Origin: Candidatus Hadarchaeales archaeon
GTDB taxonomy: Archaea > Hadarchaeota > Hadarchaeia > Hadarchaeales > JAWBSP01
Direction: 5' to 3'
Length of the DNA: 60,762 nt
Assembly (NCBI GenBank): GCA_038842485.1
Contig: JAWBSP010000002.1
Span: forward strand, 1 to 60,762
Shown here: positions 9,345 through 19,460 of the stretch, one piece after another
Position numbering within the stretch: position 1 is the stretch's first letter
Layout of the letters: the number at the start of each line of letters is the position of its first letter
The notes under the pieces: generated by a model
The model's input: only the letters and a program-made list of their open reading frames with translations
Told to the model about the DNA's origin: nothing
The model's database searches: none
Program-made: the position numbers and the translations under genes

Positions 9345-9623
9345 TCGGTCTCGGGCAGGAGGTCGATATTTACTTCGTCCTGAGCAGAGACATCCCGATA
9401 AAGGGGGAAAGCTTCCAGAGGCAGTGCTAGAGAGAGTCGGTGGTTTCCTCTTCAGCACGCTTCAACTTTGTAGAATTGGCGTGGGACGAATGGGAAATAA
9501 TATGGTTACATGGAAAGGCTGAGAGGGCCCGTGGATTTTATTCCATATACTCCGAAAGAGTTTCAAAGGCGAAAGTTTCACCCTTTTGAGGCACTTAGGG
9601 AAGGAATCGAGATTGAAGTATAA
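9338..9623 (+). pseudogene. Degraded MNT-type nucleotidyltransferase (pieces in two frames)
   Basis: One frame reads '..GQEVDIYFVLSRDIP..' (DxD-strand-like) and ends in a stop. Another frame reads 'MERLRGPVDFIPYTPKEFQRRKFHPFEALREGIEIEV*' (C-terminal vDl.vyTpeEf.. helix pattern). No intact ORF. Confidence 0.35.
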
Positions 9624-9819
9624 AAAGTTGGTAGGTATTTGCGACTCAGAACGTACCCGTTGAATTTAAATTCCCGCTCAAATCCTCGGAAGTAACTTTA
9701 ACTTCCGGGGAGCGAGAATTTAAGCTGTACAAACGGTTGGTAATCCGAAGGAACGTGTTTATGTCCCCAAAATTTCCCCACGACAACTAGACTACCGAGC
9801 TGTCCGCTCTTCGGGAGCT

Positions 9820-11013
9820 TCAAATCCCCATGATGATTACGGGTAGCATTAGCACCCCCATGCAATGCACCCTCTTCACACCCGCCTTTGGCGGGAGCAA
9901 CCCAATGGCTGTGGCAGTTGAGAGGAGGGGAAGCCCAACCGGGCCGCAGAAATAGATTGTCAATCCGACCACCCAACAGGATATGAGGAGAATCAGCAGG
10001 CGATAAGGGATCTTTGGGATGAAGCTAGAGGCGGATCTTCCCAGCCTCAGCACGATCAGGGTGGTCAAGCCCCCGGCCAGAATGGAGGCTCCAATCATCA
10101 GCACGAGAACCGTGGAGTTCACCTGAACCAAATCCTGTATTGCCGCAGCTATGCCCGTCCTCGCCCTCCCTATGAGATATAGGAGGATGAAGGAATAGAA
10201 GACCTTCAGCAGGTTTACCTCGCTAACACAAAATAGGAACTCATCGGTCCCCTTTGATTGGGTGGCGAGCTGGGCAACGACGGTGCTCTGGGCCGGCCCA
10301 ACAGCGGGAAGCATCCCCATGAAGGCCCCTATCGATCCCCCTATGCCCATGATCTTCGGGTTCAGCCTCACCGGTTGGTCGTCAATCTCCTGTTTGGGTA
10401 GTTTGCAGGTCCCCTCGAGGCTGACGAGAAGGGTGCTTAGGCCGAAGAGGCCGGTGAAGAGGGGAATAAGGGCGGAGTCGCTCGAACATACCCTTCCGCT
10501 GAGCGAGACCAGTCCCAAGAGCCCGGAGAGGATGAAGACCAAAATTGCCCAGCCCATCCGCCTTGGCGAGTGTTCCGTTAGAATCATGAGGGCGGCAATC
10601 AGGATGAGAATCAGGGGAACCCATCCCTTCAGCAACCTGTAGGTGGGACCGGCCAGAAAGTAGAAGGGAACCAGCAGTAGCAGACCAAAGAGAAGGCCAA
10701 AAAGGCAGCCGGCGGTGGAGATCTTGAGGGCGTGGTATCCCCTCCCTTCCCTGGTTAGCCGATGGGCCGGAAGGACGGAGAGTGCTGTCCCCTCCTCAGG
10801 TACGCCCAGAAAGGTTGAGGGGAGGTAGGAGACAAAGGTGTTGGAGATGGCGGCGGAAACGAGGAAGGCAACCGTGCAGAGCGGGTCAAGAGAGAGGAAC
10901 GCGGTCAGCCCCACCGCCACCGGGATTACGTTGTTGGGATGGATCCCGGGCAGGAGGCCGCAGAAGGTACCACAACCTATGCCAAGGAGGCAGTAGAGTA
11001 GGAGGTCAAGCAT
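9820..11013 (-). CDS. TctA-like (DUF112) multi-pass membrane protein
   Basis: 'LLGIGCGTFCGLLPGIHPNN' N-terminus and about 10 TM segments are typical of the archaeal DUF112/TctA family. Confidence 0.75.
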   Translation of the reverse strand: MLDLLLYCLLGIGCGTFCGLLPGIHPNNVIPVAVGLTAFLSLDPLCTVAFLVSAAISNTFVSYLPSTFLGVPEEGTALSVLPAHRLTREGRGYHALKISTAGCLFGLLFGLLLLVPFYFLAGPTYRLLKGWVPLILILIAALMILTEHSPRRMGWAILVFILSGLLGLVSLSGRVCSSDSALIPLFTGLFGLSTLLVSLEGTCKLPKQEIDDQPVRLNPKIMGIGGSIGAFMGMLPAVGPAQSTVVAQLATQSKGTDEFLFCVSEVNLLKVFYSFILLYLIGRARTGIAAAIQDLVQVNSTVLVLMIGASILAGGLTTLIVLRLGRSASSFIPKIPYRLLILLISCWVVGLTIYFCGPVGLPLLSTATAIGLLPPKAGVKRVHCMGVLMLPVIIMGI

Positions 11014-11638
11014 GAAGCTTGAGTCCTTCCCCGCACCTCACCACCACTTCCAAGCTCCCCCTGTATTCCTGAACCAACCCGCAGGCCCTCACCACCTCCC
11101 CTTCCCGGGGTAGCACCTCGGGCGTGAAGGGGATGAAGACCTTCACTCTCCCCCGGTTCTCTAGGGTCAGGATGACCACCCCTTTGCTTTGCACCACCTC
11201 TCGAACTATCCCTTGGACCTTGACGTGCCTGCCCAAGAACTCTTCCAGACGCTCCAGGCGGATTGGGGGGACGGGATAGACCCTGACGTCGGAGGAATTG
11301 GAGGGAATGATCTGCGGGGTCCCATTATAGGTCCTCGCCTTTCCCCTGACCCTGAGGCGGTCGCCGATTTCAAAGTTTTCCAGACCGGAGAGAACCCTAG
11401 AGAAGAGGGGGATATCGACAGTTTGACCGCTCTCATCCGCCAGTTTCACAAAGGCATTCCCCTTGGAGAATCTCACTTCTGCCACCGTCCCGTAAACCTC
11501 CACCATCCTTCCCAGTTCCTGTGTAACGGTGCTGAGCTCAACCTCCTTTGGTTTAGCATAGGTTGCGGCCAAGCAGAGAACGGCAACCCCCACGACCGAG
11601 CAGACCACTGCTAGCCTGATTAGTGTTTTCTCCCTCAT
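11006..11638 (-). CDS. Membrane-anchored OB-fold (tRNA_anti-like) protein
   Basis: N-terminal TM, then two OB-like segments ('VEVYGTVAEVRFSKGNAFVKLADESG', 'VKVQGIVREVVQSKGVVILTLEN'). Its 3' end overlaps the start of the DUF112 gene by 8 nt. Confidence 0.6.
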   Translation of the reverse strand: MREKTLIRLAVVCSVVGVAVLCLAATYAKPKEVELSTVTQELGRMVEVYGTVAEVRFSKGNAFVKLADESGQTVDIPLFSRVLSGLENFEIGDRLRVRGKARTYNGTPQIIPSNSSDVRVYPVPPIRLERLEEFLGRHVKVQGIVREVVQSKGVVILTLENRGRVKVFIPFTPEVLPREGEVVRACGLVQEYRGSLEVVVRCGEGLKLHA

Positions 11639-11775
11639 CCGGCGGTTTGGGCCGGGGTTCCTTTTAAAGTGGAAAAAATGGTTTGTCGATCGCAGCCAGC
11701 CTTTAACTTTTCAGGGAATCAAACCTGCGTAAGAAATCACTCGGTGAAACCAAAAGTGCTTGAGGGGAATAAAAT

Positions 11776-12336
11776 ATGAGGTGCTTCGTTGCGATTCAGG
11801 TAGACGAGGAAGTCAGGAGGAAAATTGTTCCCCTTCAAGAAAGGCTCTCCCCCCTGTTGGTTTGGAAGCCTGTGGAGTTCGAGAACATGCATGTCACGCT
11901 GAAATTCTTGGGGGAGATTGAGGATTCGAAGGGAGGGGAAGTGATGACTCTCCTGCGTTCCGCCTGCACAGGCTTCAAATCCTTTGAGCTCTCCTTCAAG
12001 GGGGTTGGAGCCTTCCCGAGCCTAGAAGGTATGAGGGTCTTGTGGGTGGGTGTGGAAGAAGGGCGGGAATCTCTGGTTTCTCTCGCCAAGACCATAGACT
12101 CGAAACTCGCCACCTTGGGTTTCCCCAGAGAAAAGGATTTTGTGCCGCATCTCACCATCGGGAGGGTGAAGTCCGTGATCAGGAAGAGGGAACTCCTTTC
12201 GGTGATGGAGGGATTGAGGACCGAGGAATTTGGTAAGACGAAGGTTGAATCCGTGGAACTCATGAGAAGCACCCTTACTACCCGAGGGCCGATTTACAGC
12301 AGCCTAGGGAGGGTTTCGCTCTTGGGACCGGCATGA
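11776..12336 (+). CDS. thpR: RNA 2',3'-cyclic phosphodiesterase (2H phosphoesterase, ThpR/LigT)
   Basis: 'MRCFVAI' start and the two HxT motifs 'HVTLKFLGE' and 'PHLTIGRV'. Confidence 0.85.
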   Translation: MRCFVAIQVDEEVRRKIVPLQERLSPLLVWKPVEFENMHVTLKFLGEIEDSKGGEVMTLLRSACTGFKSFELSFKGVGAFPSLEGMRVLWVGVEEGRESLVSLAKTIDSKLATLGFPREKDFVPHLTIGRVKSVIRKRELLSVMEGLRTEEFGKTKVESVELMRSTLTTRGPIYSSLGRVSLLGPA

Positions 12337-12370
12337 GACTTTATACATACGAGGTGAGGATGTGAGAAAG

Positions 12371-14071
<1,701 letters not shown>

Positions 14072-14096
14072 AAAACCCCCCTTCAGCTAAAATTTG

Positions 14097-15131
14097 ATGA
14101 TTGAGGTCGATGGTTCCCAGCTCGAGGGAGGGGGAAGCATTGTCAGAATAGCCGTTGGGCTGGCAGCCCTCACGGGAGTTCCTGTAAGAGTGTACAACAT
14201 AAGGGCAAAGAGGAAGGTTCCAGGTTTACGCGAGCAGCATCTCGAAGGGGTGAGGGCGGTTGCCAAGCTTTGCGGGGGAAGACTGAAGGGGGATGAGCTG
14301 GGGTCGCAGGAACTCGAATTCCATCCCGGAACACGCGGGGAGACGAGGCTCCGTGTTCAGATCAGAACGGCGGGAAACATAACGCTGGTTCTCCAGCCAC
14401 TCATGCTTGCTGCCCTCAAGTTCGAGTATCCAGTGGAAATCGAGTTTGAAGGGGGTGCAACCGATGCCCCCATGGCCCCGCCCATCGATTACATGAAGAA
14501 CGTCACTCTGCCCACTCTGGCTAGGATGGGTTACAGGTGTGAGTTGACCTGCCACAGGAGGGGGCACTATCCAAAAGGTGGTGCTAGGGTGACTGCTAGA
14601 CTCTTCCCATCCAAACTCCGGCCGCTGACACTCTTGGAGAGGGGAAGGGTTTTGGAGGTTCGCGGGATTTCTCACTGCGTTAGGCTTCCGAGATCCATCG
14701 CCGAAAGACAGGCGGCGGAGGCGAAGAAAAGGCTCTTGAAGGCAGGCCATGATGCCAAGATTGAGGTTGAGGCGTACGAGCCCTCCAAGGATCCCCACTT
14801 GGCCCCCGGTACGGGGATTGTGTTGTGGGCGGAGTGCGAGGGTGGGATCATAGGGGCAAGTTCCTTGGGAGAGCCCGGGAAGCCGGCCGAGCGAGTGGGT
14901 GCGGAAGCGGCCGAGGATCTGATTTCACAGCTTTCGGTTGGGGGAGCCGTGGACAAGTACCTCACGGATCAGCTCATACCCTATCTAGCCCTCGCCAGGA
15001 ACTCGGAAATAGGAAGTTGCGAGATCTCCCTCCACACCCTAACCAACCTGACCCTCGTGCGGAGATTTCTGGGAGTCGAGTTTGAGACGGATGGAGAACT
15101 CGGGAGGCCTGGCAGAATTCGCGTTCTGTAG
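14097..15131 (+). CDS. rtcA: RNA 3'-terminal phosphate cyclase
   Basis: 'IEVDGSQLEGGGSIVRIAVGLAALTGVPVRVYNIRAKRKVPGLREQHL' is the RtcA N-terminal signature. Also contains 'ISHCVRLP' (RtcA carries a catalytic His, which I did not map). Confidence 0.9.
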   Translation: MIEVDGSQLEGGGSIVRIAVGLAALTGVPVRVYNIRAKRKVPGLREQHLEGVRAVAKLCGGRLKGDELGSQELEFHPGTRGETRLRVQIRTAGNITLVLQPLMLAALKFEYPVEIEFEGGATDAPMAPPIDYMKNVTLPTLARMGYRCELTCHRRGHYPKGGARVTARLFPSKLRPLTLLERGRVLEVRGISHCVRLPRSIAERQAAEAKKRLLKAGHDAKIEVEAYEPSKDPHLAPGTGIVLWAECEGGIIGASSLGEPGKPAERVGAEAAEDLISQLSVGGAVDKYLTDQLIPYLALARNSEIGSCEISLHTLTNLTLVRRFLGVEFETDGELGRPGRIRVL

Positions 15132-15132
15132 C

Positions 15133-15795
15133 TCAGACGAAACCTAGGGCGCTCTCTATTCTACCAAGTTCCGCCCCGGTTGTGGGTTCCCCGACCACCA
15201 CGCCCTTCGAGTTCCCCAGCATGCACAGCCCCACGTAGCCCACTCCTCCGCAAGCCGTTCCGATGCTCACGGGCACCTGCAGCACCCTCTCGATTTGGCG
15301 CGCCTCCTTCTCCGAAAGGTTGGGATGGGCGAGAACCCCCTTATTGGTTGCCACCGCCAGGGAGCCCACCGTTGGTTCCCCGGCCACTCTTCCCTTCTCA
15401 ATCCTGACCCCAAGCGCCTTCTCGAGCTGGGCCAACTCCTTCCGCGTGAACTCCGGGCTGGCTATCCCTCCGTAATCGTTGACCAGCAGGAGATTTCCTA
15501 GGGCCGTGAGTTTTGACTCAAGTCTGAAGATTCTCAGCCCCGCCTCTACCAGGACTCTTTCCTCCTCCTCCCCCAGCAGGTATGGCGCCACCAGCCCGTT
15601 TGAATTTCCTGCCAAGAAGATACCGAGCAGGGGGGAGCCCAAGACATCAGCCCTGACCACCTTGGTACCCAAGCTTAGGGCCACGAGCTCCTCCTTAAGC
15701 TCCAACCGGGGGAGAAGGGTGAATTCCTCGGTGCAAACACCCAAGACCCCCAGAAATGGCGAATTTCCGAAATGCATTCTCGTGATGGGCATCAC
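15133..15795 (-). CDS. eif6: Translation initiation factor 6 (aIF6)
   Basis: Pentein-repeat sequence 'FGNSPFLGVLGVCTEEFTLLP', 220 aa. Sits in the conserved S19e-L39e-L31e-aIF6 cluster. Confidence 0.9.
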   Translation of the reverse strand: MMPITRMHFGNSPFLGVLGVCTEEFTLLPRLELKEELVALSLGTKVVRADVLGSPLLGIFLAGNSNGLVAPYLLGEEEERVLVEAGLRIFRLESKLTALGNLLLVNDYGGIASPEFTRKELAQLEKALGVRIEKGRVAGEPTVGSLAVATNKGVLAHPNLSEKEARQIERVLQVPVSIGTACGGVGYVGLCMLGNSKGVVVGEPTTGAELGRIESALGFV

Positions 15796-16040
15796 TCTAC
15801 TGGATATGCCTCCACTACTCCGTCATCCCTCTTGACCGCCCTTACTCTGACCCTGGGGGGAGGCTTTTCCCTTCCCCTCGACCACAGGAGGTGATTCAGT
15901 TCCTGTGTTATGAGAACCTCTTTGGTCTTCATGTGCTTCTGCAGGAACTCCCTCACCCTCCTGACGGCTCTGGGGGCCCTCTTCTTTCTTCCCGACTCGG
16001 GGCATCTGAGCGGGATGGTGAAAATCCTCTCCTCGGGCAT
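15792..16040 (-). CDS. rpl31e: 50S ribosomal protein L31e (eL31)
   Basis: 'ERIFTIPLR....RAPRAVRRVREFLQKHMK' is the eL31 pattern. Confidence 0.9.
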   Translation of the reverse strand: MPEERIFTIPLRCPESGRKKRAPRAVRRVREFLQKHMKTKEVLITQELNHLLWSRGREKPPPRVRVRAVKRDDGVVEAYPVE

Positions 16041-16196
16041 TCAGGGCTTGATCCGCTGGGTCCTCCAGCTCCGGTGCTTCACGCTGGTTCTTATCCTTCC
16101 CTTACTCTTCACTATCACCCACACTGGGGCTCTCCGGGTTCGTTTCCAAGCCCTCCCCAGCCTACGCTTCAGGGCAGGATGCTTGTGCTTGGCCAT
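16041..16196 (-). CDS. rpl39e: 50S ribosomal protein L39e (eL39), not in the ORF track (<60 aa)
   Basis: Hand translation of the minus strand gives 'MAKHKHPALKRRLGRAWKRTRRAPVWVIVKSKGRIRTSVKHRSWRTQRIKP*' (51 aa). It exactly fills the gap between the PDCD5-like gene and rpl31e, which is the expected synteny. Confidence 0.85.
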   Translation of the reverse strand: MAKHKHPALKRRLGRAWKRTRRAPVWVIVKSKGRIRTSVKHRSWRTQRIKP

Positions 16197-16197
16197 C

Positions 16198-16539
16198 TCA
16201 TAACCTCCTTATTTTTATCTCCCTCTTCCTGACAAAGAGTCTGGAGAGGGCCTCCTTCAGCTCCTCGTCCGTCACGGGCCTCGTTATCCTCCCAGCTTGG
16301 GCCAGCTGTATCAGCTGGAGTTCGAGCTGTTCTGCTATCTCCGGTCTGGTCATTTTTAGGTTGGTGAGTCTTGCCCTTGCCTCTGGGGTGAGGATCTGTC
16401 TCAGGATGGCCACTTTCTGGGCTTCCAGCTGTTGCCTAAGCTCCTCCTGCCTGGCCTGCTCCGCCATTCTCGCCTGCATCTCCAGCAGTTTCCTCTGTCT
16501 TATTTGCTCCAGCTCCTCGTCGGTGTACTCCTCGCTCAT
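16198..16539 (-). CDS. DNA-binding protein, PDCD5/TFAR19 family
   Basis: 'QRKLLEMQ...ILRQILTPEARARLTNLKMTRPEIAEQLELQLIQLAQAGRI' is the dsDNA-bind (PDCD5) motif. Confidence 0.85.
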   Translation of the reverse strand: MSEEYTDEELEQIRQRKLLEMQARMAEQARQEELRQQLEAQKVAILRQILTPEARARLTNLKMTRPEIAEQLELQLIQLAQAGRITRPVTDEELKEALSRLFVRKREIKIRRL

Positions 16540-16988
16540 TTTTCTGCCATCACCTCCTTAGCGAGTGCGTGGAGGAGTTCCACCCCTTTCTTGCTTGGTC
16601 TCCTCCCCACCTTGGTTTCCACTAAACCCGCTTTTTCCAATTGCTGTAAGATGGTCCTGATGATTTTTCCACTACCCTTCCTGAAATGCTCCGGTGCTTG
16701 GCCACGGTTTTTCCTCCCCCCGTAGTACGTTCTCAGCCTGGAAACACCAACTGGCCCATCTAGATAAAGCCTTCGCAGGATGGAGGCGGCTCTCATATAC
16801 CACCAGTCTGGCTGCTCTGGTCTCCTCTCCCGGTGCACGCCCGTCTTGACGAAGTGGCTCCAGGGAGGAGGTGTTAGTTCAGGGTACTGCTTCAACCTTT
16901 CTTTAAGTTTCTCCAGAAGAGCCTGAGCCCGCACCTGCAGGACGGGTGATGTCATACTATTTTTAAGGGACGGCTTGAAAAGTACCAT
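16536..16988 (-). CDS. rps19e: 30S ribosomal protein S19e (eS19); true start may be the internal Met at 16955
   Basis: 'PPWSHFVKTGVHRERRPEQPDWWYMRAASILRRLYLDGPVGVSRLRTYYGGRKNRG' is the eS19 core. Confidence 0.9.
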   Translation of the reverse strand: MVLFKPSLKNSMTSPVLQVRAQALLEKLKERLKQYPELTPPPWSHFVKTGVHRERRPEQPDWWYMRAASILRRLYLDGPVGVSRLRTYYGGRKNRGQAPEHFRKGSGKIIRTILQQLEKAGLVETKVGRRPSKKGVELLHALAKEVMAEK

Positions 16989-16991
16989 ACT

Positions 16992-17795
16992 TCAAGGTTT
17001 CACCACCCTTATGGTAGCTAGAAGTAGGACAATCCCGAGCAGAAATCTGAGGAGGGATTCATGCATCCTAGGTAGGAGAGAGGCACCGAGGCAGGCCCCG
17101 ACCGCCGAGGATATCCCAAGGGCTAGCGAGATGCGAAGAACCGCTCCTCCCAAGTGTCCCATCTCTCGATGCCTTGCCGCCCCAGCAAGGATGGTGGGAA
17201 GCGAAACCGCTAGACTAAACGTCCCCGCTTCTTTCAGCGACATGCCGAAAAAGTAGACGAGTGCGGGGATCCTGTACTCTCCACCCGCAACCCCCAGCAG
17301 ACCGCAAATGATCCCTATGAGCAGCCCCAAAACCGCCGCCAGCCCCAAATCAAGCGGGTGGGCTACCACCAATCCTCCATGAATCTCTCCCCCGAGGGCC
17401 TCATGGATGAACTTGAGCCCCACCAGAACGAGAATAATTCCCACCCCCCACCTCAAATATTTCTCCTTGATTTTCCTAGTTAGACTCGCCCCCAAGAGTG
17501 CCCCAGCTATAGAGCCGGCAGTCATGCTTACCAGCACTCCAAAGGCAGGAATAGAAATTCCTATTGTTAGTCGCCCAGCAAGCCCCACACCAGCGGTGAG
17601 GATTCCCACCAACAGGTTTGAGGAGGCGGCCACGGGTACCGGGAAACCTAGTAGGCAGATCAGGAGGGGCAACCTGAACTCACCGCCACCCACTCCAAGA
17701 AGCCCGGCCGCCACCCCTATCACAAACCCCAGCGACAGGCCGCAGATGAACCTCCATCCGCAAGCTAGGCCGGACGAGCCGTTCCGTGGCCTCAT
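16992..17795 (-). CDS. TauE/SafE (TSUP) family anion exporter-like membrane protein
   Basis: Two internally repeated 4-TM halves with 'GLLGVGGGEFRLP' and 'GLLGVAGGEYRIP' motifs. Confidence 0.8.
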   Translation of the reverse strand: MRPRNGSSGLACGWRFICGLSLGFVIGVAAGLLGVGGGEFRLPLLICLLGFPVPVAASSNLLVGILTAGVGLAGRLTIGISIPAFGVLVSMTAGSIAGALLGASLTRKIKEKYLRWGVGIILVLVGLKFIHEALGGEIHGGLVVAHPLDLGLAAVLGLLIGIICGLLGVAGGEYRIPALVYFFGMSLKEAGTFSLAVSLPTILAGAARHREMGHLGGAVLRISLALGISSAVGACLGASLLPRMHESLLRFLLGIVLLLATIRVVKP

Positions 17796-18076
17796 TTAAA
17801 GGGGATTCTGAAAACCCTCCCGCAGTTTAGGCAGGTTATGACGCGGGTCCCCCTCTTCAGCCTAACCCTGCAGGTGACGCCGGGTTTCCAGAACACGAGG
17901 CACTTCCTGCAGAACTTCCGCTTCAGATGGGGGGGAAACCTCACCCTGCAATGGGTGGCTATTCTCCAGGCGAGCTCCACATATCTTTTGGATCTCTCCC
18001 GGTTCGTGTCAAAGTTTTTCCCCGCCAGGTCCAGAAGGATCTCTATCCTCTCCAGTGCAATCTGTTTGGTGCTCAA
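17792..18076 (-). CDS. rnp4: RNase P protein component 4 (Rpp21/Rpr2)
   Basis: 'RYVELAWRIA....KRKFCRKCLVFWKPG...CLNCG' is an Rpr2 zinc ribbon. 94 aa. Confidence 0.8.
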   Translation of the reverse strand: MSTKQIALERIEILLDLAGKNFDTNRERSKRYVELAWRIATHCRVRFPPHLKRKFCRKCLVFWKPGVTCRVRLKRGTRVITCLNCGRVFRIPFK

Positions 18077-18756
18077 CGTTTCAACCTCAGCTCTTGGATT
18101 TTCAGAGCCTGTTCATAGAAGGAGAGAATTCTTGAGACCACGGTGCAGGCGTTCAGCGGTTCTGGATCCACACAAACGAGCTGACATGGGATTTCCCGCC
18201 AATCCTGGTGGAAGTCTCCATGGGGGAAGGCCCCCACGACCGCGGTGGCGCTCTCCACCCCCTCGAAGATTTCGGACCAAGTTTTCTTCTCACCCCTCTC
18301 GCTGAAGACGAACCTAGGGGGCTCGGTTTCCTCCAGCAGTTGGGGGAGGGTCTTTCTCTCAAGTGTGAGGAGTGGACTCTCTGGAGGGACCGCTCCTTTC
18401 TCGAAGAGCTCCTCCACCAGTCCCACAAACCTGTGATAGGAGGGAGGAATTCTGGTTCTGGGATCCACCCGGATCAGCAGGTCGTTTCGGGTGTGTATGT
18501 ACACCCTGAGCTTTCCCTCCCGGTTCAGGGGGGAGTCAAGGGAGAGGAGTAAGCAAATGTGCACAATGTCGGGTCTTCCCCTCCTCTCCGCCTCGGGAAG
18601 TTTGCGCATCGCTCTGTGGTGGAAACTTGAGTCCAGAAGGAGCTGGGTGGGTTTCTTGCCGCGTCTCCAGGCCTGTGCCCTAACGGAGGGATGCGACGCG
18701 ATTTGTGGCGGCACCAGCTCGAGCTCCGCCCCCGCCAAGACAAGATGAAGCATCAA
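18073..18756 (-). CDS. nep1: rRNA small-subunit pseudouridine methyltransferase Nep1 (EMG1)
   Basis: 'GRPDIVHICLLLSLDSPLNREGKLRVYIHT...RIPPSYHRFVGLVEELF' matches the Nep1 SPOUT signature. Confidence 0.88.
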   Translation of the reverse strand: MMLHLVLAGAELELVPPQIASHPSVRAQAWRRGKKPTQLLLDSSFHHRAMRKLPEAERRGRPDIVHICLLLSLDSPLNREGKLRVYIHTRNDLLIRVDPRTRIPPSYHRFVGLVEELFEKGAVPPESPLLTLERKTLPQLLEETEPPRFVFSERGEKKTWSEIFEGVESATAVVGAFPHGDFHQDWREIPCQLVCVDPEPLNACTVVSRILSFYEQALKIQELRLKR

Positions 18757-18800
18757 ATTTCAACTCCCGCTTCTTTTCAGGGTGGGCATTCCAGATTTTG

Positions 18801-19457
18801 ATGCTTCCACTTCAGGATGAGAACCCCCGGAGGAGAAAACCCCTTCTCACTCTACTTTTAATAGCTCTCAACTGTGGAATCTTCGCTTGGTCCTTCTATG
18901 AGGGGACACTCCCAGAGCTGGTGGACAGGTTTGGCTGCAGGCCCGTGGACCTCCTCTCTGGCAGGCATCTGGAAACCGCTCTCACGAGTATGTTCCTCCA
19001 TGGCAGCTGGCTTCACCTCCTTGGGAACATGCTTTTTCTCTGGATCTTCGGGGACAACATTGAGGATGCTTTTGGAAGGTCGAGATTTCTCTTGTTGTAT
19101 TTGAGTGCGGGCGTGGTGGCCCTTCTGCTCCACGCCTTCTTCTATCCTACCTCAAACGTTCCCCTTGTTGGGGCCTCGGGGGCCATCTCAGGAATCTTGG
19201 GTGCGTACCTTGTTCTCTTCCCACGTGCCAGGGTCCTGACTCTTGTGACAGCCTTCTACTTCTGGAGTGTTGCTAGGGTCCCGGCCGCAGTTTACCTAGG
19301 TTTCTGGATTCTCCTCCAGTTTCTGTACGGTACTCTCTTCTGGGTGGCGGGGGAATCCTCCACGGTCGCCTACTGGGCTCATGTGGGTGGTTTTTTGGTT
19401 GGTGCAGCCGTGGCGCTCTCCAACCGAAGAGCCTTTATAGAGAGGTGGTATTTTTGA
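18801..19457 (+). CDS. Rhomboid-family intramembrane serine protease
   Basis: 'FLHGSWLHLLGNMLFLWIFGDN' and catalytic 'GASGAISGILGAY', plus a downstream His ('AHVGGFLVG'). ATG at 18801 avoids overlap with nep1. Confidence 0.85.
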   Translation: MLPLQDENPRRRKPLLTLLLIALNCGIFAWSFYEGTLPELVDRFGCRPVDLLSGRHLETALTSMFLHGSWLHLLGNMLFLWIFGDNIEDAFGRSRFLLLYLSAGVVALLLHAFFYPTSNVPLVGASGAISGILGAYLVLFPRARVLTLVTAFYFWSVARVPAAVYLGFWILLQFLYGTLFWVAGESSTVAYWAHVGGFLVGAAVALSNRRAFIERWYF

Positions 19458-19460
19458 AGC

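Noticed and set aside
9204-9976. Minus-strand ORFs 9204-9458 (84 aa) and 9698-9976 (92 aa).
   Set aside because: Neither has a recognisable motif. The first lies antisense to the beta-sandwich and nucleotidyltransferase fragments. The second overlaps the 3' end of the DUF112 gene in another frame.
14226-14798. 190-aa minus-strand ORF inside rtcA. Similar long shadow ORFs occur at 24728-25360 (+), 33306-33998 (+), 46367-47017 (-) and 49775-50479 (-).
   Set aside because: Each is completely nested antisense to a gene with strong family signatures (RtcA, MinD, secretion ATPase, IlvB, Cgi121/THUMP). None carries a motif.
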